Notes: generated from the sequence alone by a model not told the origin. Counted from the stretch's first letter, positions 47,439 to 56,280 are shown. The stretch: DNA of 64,000 nt from Vicinamibacterales bacterium (GCA_963730445.1 CAVSRX010000006.1:26082-90081); one strand, 5' to 3'. A program made the numbers and translations.

Positions 47439-47666
47439 ATGGAGCAGGTGAAGCGTCTTCAGGTATACGAAACTCCCGATGTGACCGTGACGTTCGATCC
47501 GAACCTGTGCCAGCACACCGGCATTTGTCTTCGGGGGCTTCCGAACGTGTTCGACATTCGTCACAAGCGCTGGGTGCGCCCCGAGCTTGCAAGCGCCGAT
47601 GAAGTGATCGCACAAGTCGGCCGCTGCCCGTCCGGTGCACTGCAGATTCGGAGGTCCGATGACTAA
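47439..47666 (+). CDS. divergent 4Fe-4S mono-cluster (DUF1271-like) protein
   Basis: 75 aa. VTVTFDPNLCQHTGICLRGLPNVFD..RWVRPE..VIAQVGRCPSGAL. Confidence 0.7.
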   Translation: MEQVKRLQVYETPDVTVTFDPNLCQHTGICLRGLPNVFDIRHKRWVRPELASADEVIAQVGRCPSGALQIRRSDD

Positions 47667-48681
47667 GAGCGTTCTTGCCGTCGCATTGGTCGCACTCTTC
47701 GGCGCGGATCAGGGAGTCGCGTCCGCACAGTCGAAGCCGATCGTGGCGGAGACCTACTACAACACGTTCTCGCGCGCGCATGCCCCGCTTGCGCGCATCC
47801 GTCCGGGCCAGACCGTGGTGACAAAGACGATTGATGCGAGCGGCCTCGACGACACCGGCACCGTTCGTGGAGTACGGCCGAACCCGCTGACGGGGCCGTT
47901 CTATGTCGAAGGCGCCGAGCCGGGCGACGCGCTCGTCGTGCGTTTTACGCGCGTCCGCATGAACCGCAACTGGGGATGGAGCTGGTACCGCCTCGGGTTG
48001 TACTCGATCACACCAGAATCGATCGAAGGGATTTATCCCAACCGCTACAAGCCGGGCGAAATCATCAAAGACCGCGAGAACGTCGTGCCGTGGGATCTCG
48101 ACCTGACGCGCCAGACCGTGCGGCTCAGAGAACCCTCGAGCGCCGTTCACAGGTTGGAATTTCCCGCGAAGCCCATGCTCGGATGCGTCGGCGTCGCACC
48201 CGCCGGCGACTTCGCGCCGACGTCGAGCCCGTCAGGGTCGTACGGCGGCAATCTCGACTACAACGAGATCGGCGAAGGTTCGACCGTCATCCTCCCGGTC
48301 TATCATCCGGGCGCGCTGCTGTTCATCGGTGACGGCCACGCGCTGCAGGGCGACGGCGAGCCGACCGGAACCGGCGTCGAAACGTCGATGGCCGTCGAGT
48401 TCATTGTCGAGCTGCGCAAGAAAACGGCACTCTCGGGACCGCGTGTCGAAACCAGCGAGCACATCATCAGCGTGGGAAGCCAACCCGAGTTCGCCAGCTC
48501 GACGAATCGCGGACTGCAGATGGCCACAAGCGACATGGTGAACTGGCTGACGTCGGAGTACAAGATGGAGCCGTGGGCCGCCCATCTTCTCATCGGCTAT
48601 CAAGGGCGCTACGACATCGTCACCGTGGCGGGATCGGTGGCGTTGAGAATTCCAAAAAAACAGCTGCCGCCACAACGTTGA
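47659..48681 (+). CDS. acetamidase/formamidase family protein, exported
   Basis: ORF 47635..48681 trimmed to MTKSVLAVALVALFG. GPFYVEGAEPGDALVV, GGNLDYNEIGEGSTVILPVYHPGALLFIGDGHALQGDGE. Confidence 0.85.
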   Translation: MTKSVLAVALVALFGADQGVASAQSKPIVAETYYNTFSRAHAPLARIRPGQTVVTKTIDASGLDDTGTVRGVRPNPLTGPFYVEGAEPGDALVVRFTRVRMNRNWGWSWYRLGLYSITPESIEGIYPNRYKPGEIIKDRENVVPWDLDLTRQTVRLREPSSAVHRLEFPAKPMLGCVGVAPAGDFAPTSSPSGSYGGNLDYNEIGEGSTVILPVYHPGALLFIGDGHALQGDGEPTGTGVETSMAVEFIVELRKKTALSGPRVETSEHIISVGSQPEFASSTNRGLQMATSDMVNWLTSEYKMEPWAAHLLIGYQGRYDIVTVAGSVALRIPKKQLPPQR

Positions 48682-48724
48682 TACCTAGAGATCTATAGAT
48701 CTTAGATCTATAGATCTTTAGGTA
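48682..48724. repeat. AT-rich 43-nt near-perfect palindrome built from TAGATCT words
   Basis: TACCTAGAGATCTATAGATCTTAGATCTATAGATCTTTAGGTA. Only one non-central mismatch pair (G:T). Four AGATCT. 13 of 43 bases are G/C. TAG at 48686, 48696, 48703, 48711 and 48719 covers all frames. Confidence 0.85.
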
Positions 48725-48741
48725 CAGTTTGAGAGGTTTTC

Positions 48742-49125
48742 ATGGAACAACAACCGACGTGCGGCCAAGGGCTCGCCCACAACGCCGCGCTTCCTGCAAA
48801 ACTGGCAGAGGTCTTTGCCGCCGTCGCCGAGGTTCTCGAGACCCATTTGACCGCGCTCGATCCGAAAGACAAGGGCTCGCGGCCCGAGTTCGATGCGTAC
48901 GTCGCGCTTGCGACGGCGCATCGCGAGCTCGAATCGCGCGTGCGCGCGCTTGCAATGCAGATGGAGAGCTATCGAGACTTGCCGATGGCCAAACACGATA
49001 TGTCTGTCATGACATCGGCGAAGGCCACCGAGGCGTTCGAGCAGCTCGTCGCTCAAAAGGAAGCGCTCGCCGCATTGTTACGGGAGTGGGTCGACGAGCA
49101 CCGCGCCATGTTGAAGGCACGCTGA
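48742..49125 (+). CDS. hypothetical protein
   Basis: 127-aa helical ORF (..LAEVFAAVAEVLETHLTALDP..). No family recognised. It is flanked by the two hairpin elements. Confidence 0.5.
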   Translation: MEQQPTCGQGLAHNAALPAKLAEVFAAVAEVLETHLTALDPKDKGSRPEFDAYVALATAHRELESRVRALAMQMESYRDLPMAKHDMSVMTSAKATEAFEQLVAQKEALAALLREWVDEHRAMLKAR

Positions 49126-49130
49126 AAGAT

Positions 49131-49215
49131 GGGTTCCAGGTTCCAGGTTCAGGTTGCGTCCAGGTTCCGGTTCCGGGTTCTGGTTCCGCGTCCAGAACCT
49201 GGAACTCGGAACCTG
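49131..49215 (+). repeat. GGTTCCR-word array ending in a 22-23 bp hairpin
   Basis: GGGTTCCAGGTTCCAGGTTCAGGTTGCGTC, then CAGGTTCCGGTTCCGGGTTCTGG (49161-49183), loop TTCCGCGT, then CCAGAACCTGGAACTCGGAACCTG (49192-49215). One bulge and one mismatch. Confidence 0.8.
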
Positions 49216-49236
49216 TCCCGTTGTAATTTAGAAAGT

Positions 49237-49503
49237 ATGTGCAGGAACATCAAGACACTGGCCAATTTCGAGCCGCCCGCAACGGGAGATGAGATCCGCG
49301 CGTCGGCCCTTCAGTTCGTGCGCAAGCTCAGCGGGATGAACAAGCCGTCGCGCGCCAATGAAGCCGCGTTCAATCGCGCCGTCGAGGAAGTGACCGACGC
49401 CGCGCAGCGGCTCATTGCCTCGATCGCGACGAGCGCGCCGCCGCGCAATCGTGAAGAGGAAGCGCGAAAAGCGCAGGAGCGTGCCCGCGAGCGATTTGCC
49501 TGA
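49237..49503 (+). CDS. DUF2277 domain protein
   Basis: MCRNIKTLANFEPPATGDEIRASALQFVRKLSG.. is the characteristic DUF2277 N-terminus. Confidence 0.8.
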   Translation: MCRNIKTLANFEPPATGDEIRASALQFVRKLSGMNKPSRANEAAFNRAVEEVTDAAQRLIASIATSAPPRNREEEARKAQERARERFA

Positions 49504-49504
49504 C

Positions 49505-50542
49505 GTGCCCGCGAACGCCGAGCTCGACGCGATCGCGCAGCGCTTCACGCGGTTTGCGGACGAAGCGCGGACGTATGCGGGGCCGTTGTACGAAGAACTG
49601 TCGTTGCAGATCGCCGCAGATGAAGATCTGCTTGCCGTCGCGCGCCACGTCCGCCGCCCGCCGATCCCGAACGTGTTTTTCGCCGCCGTGCATTTCCTGC
49701 TCGCCGAAAAGCCGGAGCACGGCCTGTCGATGTTTTACGGCAGTGTGTGTGACGACCCACGGCCTGCATCGGACGCCGGTCCTGCGTTTCGCGATTTCGT
49801 GCTCTCCAACACAGATTCGCTGATTCCGCTGCTCGAGACGCGCATCACGCAGACCAACGAGGTGGGCCGCTGCTCGTATCTGCTGCCGGCCTTTGTCGTC
49901 GCGCATCAGTCGGCGGGCGGCCGGCCGCTCGCGTTAATCGACGTCGGATGCAGCGCCGGGTTGCACTTGCACTGGGATCGCTACCACTACGATTACGGCG
50001 TCGCGCAGGTGGGCGACCCGCGCTCCGCCGTGTCCATCAGGTGCGAGCTGCGCGGTCCCTTGCGGCCGCCGCTGCCGGCGACATTTCCAGAGTGCCGCTT
50101 CAGGCTCGGCATCGATCTCAATCCGGTGGACGTGCGCAATCCCACCGAACGGCGCTGGTTCGAAGCGCTTATATGGCCCGACCACCCAGCGCGCCGCCGG
50201 CTCGCAGCCGCGGCGATCGAGGAGCTGCTGCGCGACCCACCCGCGCTCGTCAAAGGCGATGCGGTGGACGTGCTTGGTGAACAGCTGGAACGTGTTCCAC
50301 CAGATACGTCTCTTGTGGTGTACAACAGCGCCGCACTCTGTCAGGGCGGGGAGGTCGACCAGCAGGCGATTGCGCAGGTGCTCACCACGTTCTCGTCGCG
50401 CCGGCCGCTCCACTGGCTGCACTGCGAAAGCCTGGAGATGCTGCTTCGCGCGATCGACGGTGGCATCGTGGAAACAAAGTTAGCCAACATAGACGGGCAC
50501 GGCCGCTGGCTGGAGTGGCTCGCCGGAGAGGAGCGTGTGTGA
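49505..50542 (+). CDS. DUF2332 family protein
   Basis: GTG 49505 in ORF 49415..50542. ..FTRFADEARTYAGPLYEELSLQIAADEDLLAV..LIDVGCSAGLHLHWDRY.. Confidence 0.75.
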   Translation: MPANAELDAIAQRFTRFADEARTYAGPLYEELSLQIAADEDLLAVARHVRRPPIPNVFFAAVHFLLAEKPEHGLSMFYGSVCDDPRPASDAGPAFRDFVLSNTDSLIPLLETRITQTNEVGRCSYLLPAFVVAHQSAGGRPLALIDVGCSAGLHLHWDRYHYDYGVAQVGDPRSAVSIRCELRGPLRPPLPATFPECRFRLGIDLNPVDVRNPTERRWFEALIWPDHPARRRLAAAAIEELLRDPPALVKGDAVDVLGEQLERVPPDTSLVVYNSAALCQGGEVDQQAIAQVLTTFSSRRPLHWLHCESLEMLLRAIDGGIVETKLANIDGHGRWLEWLAGEERV

Positions 50543-51068
50543 CGAAGGAACGGTCATGGCATGTCGTTCGCGCGACGGTCGGTTCGCATTCTGGTTTGGC
50601 GTGGCGGCTCATCGGCGTTCGGCGCGATCTTCAGTGCGGTGCAGGTCGGGATACGGTTCAGGAGCAGCAATACGGGCGCGAAGGGCAGACTCGATCGATG
50701 GCGTCGTGGTGAGCAAGGACCATCAGGCGCGCCACGCGCGGCGGGTCGAGCGGCACGGCACCGAGTACACGGTCGCGTATCGCTTCACGGTCGGCGGACA
50801 GACCTACAACGGCGAAGACGTCGGTCTCGTCGAGGAGTGGGAACAGTTGCGCGAGCTGGAGCCGGTGCCGATTCAATACGTCGCAGTCGAATCCGCGCGA
50901 GAGAACCGGATCGCCGGCCGCACGACAGGCGCTCGATGTGGTCGTGTGCTATCAGTATCGGATGGCGTACGGGGCCGTACGGCGCTCACGGAGGGAAGTG
51001 TCCATGGTGAAATCGATCGGTTCTGCAAAGACGAAAGCGCGTATCTGGACACACGGCACTGCCAGTGA
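50535..51068 (+). pseudogene. DUF3592-like membrane protein, several frame switches
   Basis: Core IDGVVVSKD..YTVAYRFTVGGQTYNGED..PVPIQYV..ENRI (ORF 50535 frame). The N-terminal TM text FGAIFSAVQVGIRF lies in the ORF 50561 frame. The C-terminus is unclear. Confidence 0.35.
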
Positions 51069-51133
51069 GAGCCACTGTCGGCCGAGTCGACGGAATACGA
51101 ACGTCAAATCGACAGAGCCCCGGATCTGAGCGT

Positions 51134-52082
51134 GTGGTTGTCCTGATTACCGGGGCTGCCGGCAATCTCGGCAGCCTGCTCTCGCGCCATCTGCTGACGA
51201 GCGGGCACGAGCTTCGGCTGATGTATCACCGCACACCGCTCGCCGCCGATGTCGTCGCGGCGCCGAATGTACGTGCCGTCAAAGCCGATCTCGCCGATCC
51301 TTCCACATTGCCGGCCGTCGTCGACGGCGCCGACGTCATCGTGCATTTCGCGGGGCGGCTGTTTGCTCCGCGGCCGGAGAGATTTCTGCACGAGACCAAC
51401 ACGCGATGGTTTTCGAATCTCGTGACAGCAGCGATCGATGCCAGAGTGAACCGGATTATCCTCACGTCGTTCCCTCACGTGGAAGGACCGACGTCTGTGG
51501 AGCAGCCGGCGACAGGCCGTCTCGATCGCACAGCCCATCTCGGCTCATGCCGCAACGCGACTCGAGGAAGAGCGTCTGTTGTTCGAGCGCACGAAGAACA
51601 CATCAACGATACCCGTGGTGCTTCGGCTGGGCGCCGTGTACGGGCGCGGCATCCTGATGGTCGAGGCGGCTCGATGGCTCGCGAAGCGGCGCCTCCTCTG
51701 TGTCTGGCGGGAGCCGACGCTCTTTCATCTGCTCTCCACGGCGGACTTTCTGCGGGCGACCGAAGCGGCCATCTTCAAATCAGGCGTGCACGGCATTTAT
51801 CACATCGGCGACGAGCAGCCGGTGACCGCACAGGAATTTCTGGACGCCGCGTGCCGGGTCTGGGGTTATCCCGCACCACGCCGGTTGCCGTTCTGGATGA
51901 TCTACGCGGCGGCATGCGTCTGCGAAGGCGTTGCTCTGGTGGCGCGCACGCCATCGCCGCTTACGCGAGACTTCGTGCGGCTCGGACGCGTGCCGCATTG
52001 GGGTGACACGCGCCGCGCGCGCGAAGAGCTGATTCCAGAGCTGATGTATCCGACGCTCGAATCCGGACTCTCGACGCTTTGA
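51134..52082 (+). CDS. NAD-dependent epimerase/dehydratase (SDR) family protein; one frameshift near 51540
   Basis: GTG 51134: VVLITGAAGNLGSLLSRHLL..VIVHFAG (ORF 51065 frame) joins ORF 51579..52082 (..VVLRLGAVYGRG..GIYHIGDEQPVT..). Confidence 0.75.
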
Positions 52083-52102
52083 CATAAGATAGCCGGCGCG
52101 TC

Positions 52103-52467
52103 GTGGCCAGCAGGCAATCGTTCCGCGCGCGAATGAAGATTCGCGACGGCAATCCCTACGTCGACATCAGCACATCTCGTGCACGAGCCTTGAAGCCGGG
52201 CTGGCGCCGGCCGCTGCCCGTGCTTGTCAGGGTGAACGGACAACCGGCTTCGACGCCATGGCGCATCAACCTGATGCCGACCGGCACCGGCGCCTTCTAT
52301 CTGTACAAGCGGCGAAAGCATGGGACGCGCTCATCCCGAGCCGCAAGAAGGAAATTCTTCGCTACTTCTCGTGGCTCAAGTCGCCGGCGGCACGCGATCG
52401 CAATGTTGCGCGCGCGATACACGTGTTGTCGGGCAAAGGGGGCCGGTTTATGGCCCGATCGTGGTGA
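52103..52467 (+). CDS. DUF1905 / YdeI-OmpD-associated family protein; one frameshift near 52305
   Basis: FRARMKIRDGNPYVDI..PVLVRVNGQPASTPWRINLMPTGTGAFYLY (ORF 52103). Then AAKAWDALIPSRKKEILRYFSWLKSPAARDRNVARAIHVLSG (ORF 52258..52467). Confidence 0.6.
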
Positions 52468-52476
52468 GGAGTCTAG

Positions 52477-52962
52477 ATGGATACCAGAGTTGCGCCGCTC
52501 GCCGACATTCTTCGCCTTAATACGGTGCTCTTCCGCAACTGCCTCGATGGTCTCAGCGACGAGCAGGCGGCGATGCGGCCAACGGGCGCCACCAACAACG
52601 CCGCGTTCGTGGCTGCGCATCTGACGAACTCGCGCTTCTATCTGCTGAAGGTGCTGGGTGTTGCGGACGAGGATCCGCTCGCACCGTATCTGGACGGGCA
52701 GAAGAGCCTCGACGAGATCGAGCGGCTTCCTCCGCTCAGCGAGATTCAAACCGCCTGGTCGAAAGCCGCACATCTGTTACGCGATCGTCTCGCGGCGCTC
52801 ACGCCGGCCGATTTGGATGGGCCTTCGGCTACTCGTTTTCCGCTGTCCAACGGAACGCTGCTGGCGACGCTGACATTCCTCGTGCAGCACGACAGCTACC
52901 ACGTTGGTCAGCTGTCCTTGCTGCGAAAGTACTGCGGTCTGCCGGCCATGCGTTTTCAGTAG
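52477..52962 (+). CDS. DinB family protein
   Basis: 161 aa. ..NNAAFVAAHLTNSRFYL..LTFLVQHDSYHVGQLSLL. Confidence 0.8.
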   Translation: MDTRVAPLADILRLNTVLFRNCLDGLSDEQAAMRPTGATNNAAFVAAHLTNSRFYLLKVLGVADEDPLAPYLDGQKSLDEIERLPPLSEIQTAWSKAAHLLRDRLAALTPADLDGPSATRFPLSNGTLLATLTFLVQHDSYHVGQLSLLRKYCGLPAMRFQ

Positions 52963-53018
52963 CGCTTGGATTCCCGGCGCTCCCCGCGCTAGACTTCGCG
53001 CCACTCACAGGAGGCCGA

Positions 53019-53951
53019 ATGAAAGTACCGCGTACAGGTCTGGTCGCTGCGGGCTGCGTGCTTGCCGGCGTTCTCATGGCAATGCCGCAAGGCGTGCAAG
53101 GGCAGGCAGGCGGCCATGGCCAGGCCGGTCCCGGTCACGGCCCGAACGGCGCGCCGGGAAAAGCCACGGCGACGCCCGTCGATCCGGGACGGCCGTGGGG
53201 TTGGGCCGTTCGCGCCTTCATGGACGATCCGAAGCAGCCGCTCTACAACACGACGAAGCAGAAGATGCTCGAGGGCAAGCAGGTCTTCAGCCAGACCATC
53301 ACGTCGTTCGACGTCAAGGCGTACTGCGACGGCGCGGCGAAGTTCGACTTCTCCCGCTTTGAAATGCAGCATTCGACGCTGCGCTTCGACGAGATCGAGA
53401 AAATGATCGCGGCGTGCCCGCGCGCGGCCGCCACGCCGATCATTCGCATTCCGGACGCAACCGAAACGCAGGTGCAGCGCGCAGCTGACGTGGGCGCCCT
53501 CGGCATCATCGTGCCGACCGTCGACGATGCCATCGAGTCGCGATCGGTGGCGATGTTCGCGCGCTTTCCGCCGATTGGGCGCCGCAGCACGGGCGGCGGC
53601 CAGGCGGGCAGCATCTGGAGTCCGGTGATCACGAAGCCGAACACCTTCCGCTCGACGATCAACGACAACATGCTCGTCATCGTCATGATCGAGACGCAGG
53701 AGGCCGTGAAGAACGCGCTCGAGATTGCTTCGCAGCCGGGCGTCGACGTCGTGATTATCGGCAACGCCGACTTCGAGTCGTTCTCGGGCTTCCCTCCGAC
53801 CAGTGCCGGCTATCTCGACCTGCAGACGCGCGTTCGCAATGCCACGTATCTCGCGGGAAAGTTCTGGGGCAACGCGAACCCCGGCTTCTCGCGAAACAAT
53901 CCGCTCGCGGCAGAATCGCGCTTCCACCTCGGCGTTCCACCGGCGAAATGA
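53019..53951 (+). CDS. HpcH/HpaI aldolase/citrate-lyase family protein with N-terminal signal peptide and Gly/Pro-rich linker
   Basis: MKVPRTGLVAAGCVLAGVLMAMPQGVQGQAGGHGQAGPGHGPNGAPG.. Then FDFSRFEMQHS, IIRIPDATETQVQRAADVGALGIIVPTVDD, VIVMIETQEAVKNALEIAS.PGVDVVIIGNADF. Confidence 0.8.
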   Translation: MKVPRTGLVAAGCVLAGVLMAMPQGVQGQAGGHGQAGPGHGPNGAPGKATATPVDPGRPWGWAVRAFMDDPKQPLYNTTKQKMLEGKQVFSQTITSFDVKAYCDGAAKFDFSRFEMQHSTLRFDEIEKMIAACPRAAATPIIRIPDATETQVQRAADVGALGIIVPTVDDAIESRSVAMFARFPPIGRRSTGGGQAGSIWSPVITKPNTFRSTINDNMLVIVMIETQEAVKNALEIASQPGVDVVIIGNADFESFSGFPPTSAGYLDLQTRVRNATYLAGKFWGNANPGFSRNNPLAAESRFHLGVPPAK

Positions 53952-53952
53952 C

Positions 53953-54476
<524 letters not shown>

Positions 54477-54486
54477 TGGAGGCGTC

Positions 54487-54895
54487 ATGCTGAGAGCGAA
54501 GACTCGCATCGGCGGTCGTCGTGGTGGCGATGGTGTGGATTGGATCGGCGGTTGTGGCGCAGACGCCGGGTACCGCCGGCGCTCTCGTGCTGAACCCGAT
54601 CGCGGCAACCTCGGGCACCGGCGTGAGCAATGCGCAGCTCATCAACCGCGACGAGATTCGCGTGCTGCGCGTCGACGTGGTGCCGGGCGGCGTGCGCAAC
54701 ATTCACTCGCACGACGACATGCAGTATCACCTCTTCATACCGACGGCGGCCGGCATGCAGTTCGAGAGCGCGTCGGAGAAGCCGGCACAGATGGCGGCGT
54801 GGCAGGCGCAATTCGTCAAGGGCGGCACCCAGCACGGCTTCAAGAACACGGGCTCGTCCACCGTGACGATCGTGGAAATTTTCGTCAAGAAGTAA
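54487..54895 (+). CDS. exported cupin domain protein (start region frameshifted, or GTG 54521 start)
   Basis: ORF 54521..54895: RVLRVDVVPGGVRNIHSHDDMQYHLFIP..FVKGGTQHGFKNTGSSTVTIVEIF. ATG 54487 (MLRAKTRI) lies one frame off the hydrophobic AVVVVAMVWIGSAVVAQ segment. Confidence 0.7.
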
Positions 54896-55130
54896 CCACG
54901 AAGACACGAAGGCACGAAGAGCGCGAAGACACGATGAAATGCCGCGTCACGCGTTCTTCGCGGCTTAATCGCGGCTTCGATTGCGCCGGCTGCAAAGCAA
55001 GCCGCCGCCGTGAGAACAACGGCAAAACATGAATGGCTGGAGCGAAACCAATTCATGTTCTTGCCGTTGTTCTCACGGCGGCGCCGACGGCGCGCAATCG
55101 AAGCGTAGCCTTCGAGCCTTCGTGTTCGTA
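54896..55130. repeat. gene-free nested palindrome with CACGAAGR-word arms
   Basis: Word array CACGAAGA CACGAAGG CACGAAGA GCGCGAAGA CACGA (54898-54934). Partner CCTTCGAGCCTTCGTGTTCG (55109-55128). Perfect 13-bp pair GCTTCGATTGCGC (54975-54987) with GCGCAATCGAAGC (55091-55103). Central 31/32-nt arms 55004-55034 and 55051-55082, one bulge, 16-nt loop. Confidence 0.85.
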
Positions 55131-55146
55131 TTTTTGTGATCGGGAA

Positions 55147-55176
55147 CTCTGCGTCTCTGCGCCTCTGCGTCGAGAC
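55147..55176 (-). repeat. CTCTGCGY-word unit, dispersed copy of the 35142-35171 arm
   Basis: CTCTGCGT CTCTGCGC CTCTGCGT CGAGAC matches CTCTGCGC CTCTGCGT CTCTGTGT CGAGAC at 35142-35171 at 27 of 30 positions. Both lie just 3' of a minus-strand gene. Confidence 0.8.
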
Positions 55177-55185
55177 GGGCAAAAG

Positions 55186-55815
55186 CTATGGTTTGGGAAT
55201 TCTCAGCGTCGCGCTGATCATCGCGCTGCCGCTCACGCCGTAGACGAGGGCCATCGGGTGGAGCAGCGCGGGGCCGATCTGGTAGGCGCCGAACCACAGG
55301 CGATCGTCGATGCGCCCTAGATATGACGCGACGCCGAGCAGCAGGACGATGACGATGCTCGTCGGTATCGGCGTGCCCTCGAAATATTTCACCTTGCCGG
55401 TCTCACTGTCGGAGAGCGCGGCGGCCGTCACGTTGAAGCGGGCGAGACGGCTGACGCCGCAGATGACGAAGTAGGTGAGGATGAGCATGTCCCATCCTCC
55501 CCGCATGCCGAGCGTGAAGCCGAGCACGGCCGGCGCGACGCCGAACGAGATGACGTCGGCCAGCGAGTCGAGATCGGCGCCGAGCACCGACTGCCGCCGG
55601 CGGTTCAGCCGCGCCACATAGCCGTCCAGCACGTCGCACACGAGCGCGAGCGGCAGCAGCAGGAAAGCCGTCCACAGGAACCGCCGGTTGTCCGCGGCGA
55701 TGTAGTCGAGGCACAGGAAGATGGCGATCGTGCCGCACGCCGCGTTGCCGATCGTCAAGGCGTCGGCGGGCGTGTAGGACCGCAGCATCGACATGTGGCG
55801 GCGCTGTGTGTTCAT
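55186..55815 (-). CDS. pssA: CDP-diacylglycerol--serine O-phosphatidyltransferase (CDP-alcohol phosphatidyltransferase family)
   Basis: ORF 55186..56010(-) trimmed to MNTQRRHMSMLRS (ATG 55815; alternative ATG 55794). DVLDGYVARLNRRRQSVLGADLDSLAD matches the D-G-x2-A-R..G-x3-D-x3-D motif. Confidence 0.85.
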   Translation of the reverse strand: MNTQRRHMSMLRSYTPADALTIGNAACGTIAIFLCLDYIAADNRRFLWTAFLLLPLALVCDVLDGYVARLNRRRQSVLGADLDSLADVISFGVAPAVLGFTLGMRGGWDMLILTYFVICGVSRLARFNVTAAALSDSETGKVKYFEGTPIPTSIVIVLLLGVASYLGRIDDRLWFGAYQIGPALLHPMALVYGVSGSAMISATLRIPKP

Positions 55816-55837
55816 AGTGTCCGCCTTTAGGCGGACC
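55815..55837 (+). promoter_or_regulatory. conserved small hairpin motif, copy 2
   Basis: TAGT GTCCGCC TTTA GGCGGAC C. Ends 22 nt before ATG 55859. Relative to copy 1 the stem differs by compensatory changes (GGC/GCC versus GCC/GGC). Confidence 0.6.
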
Positions 55838-55858
55838 CTGTTAGAGTATCTCCAATCG

Positions 55859-56280
55859 ATGAGCCGTCGCGAGCAGGCTGGAGTCATCCCCTTCCGTCGA
55901 AAGAAAGATGGCATCCAGGTCTGCCTGATTCGCAACAAGGGCCGCAAGAAGTGGAAAATTCCGAAAGGGTTTGTCGATCCTGGTGAGACGGTCGAGCAGG
56001 CGGCGCTCAAGGAAGCCTGGGAAGAGGCCGGACTGACGGGGCGCCTGGTCGGCGAGCGCGATCGGATCCTACGACTACGACAAGTGGGGATTCGATTTCA
56101 GAGTGTCTGTCTATCTTGATGGAAGTGACCGATCAGGAAGATGAGTGGGAGGAATCACGATTTCGTGAGCGCCGCTGGTCGCCGGTCGGCGAGGCGTTCG
56201 ACATGCTGAGAAAGCATCCGATCCGGCCGTTGCTCGAGGCAGCGGCGACCAAGCTCGAGAGGAGAAAGAAGCCGCGATGA
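55859..56280 (+). CDS. NUDIX hydrolase; two frameshifts (about 56055, 56115)
   Basis: MSRREQAGVIPFRRKKDGIQVCLIRNKGRKKWKIPKGFVDPGETVEQAALKEAWEEAGL (Nudix box). Own translation of the other frames: IGSYDYDKWGFDFRVSVYL, then MEVTDQEDEWEESRFRERRWSPVGEAFDMLRKHPIRPLLEAA, stop at 56278-56280. Confidence 0.7.
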
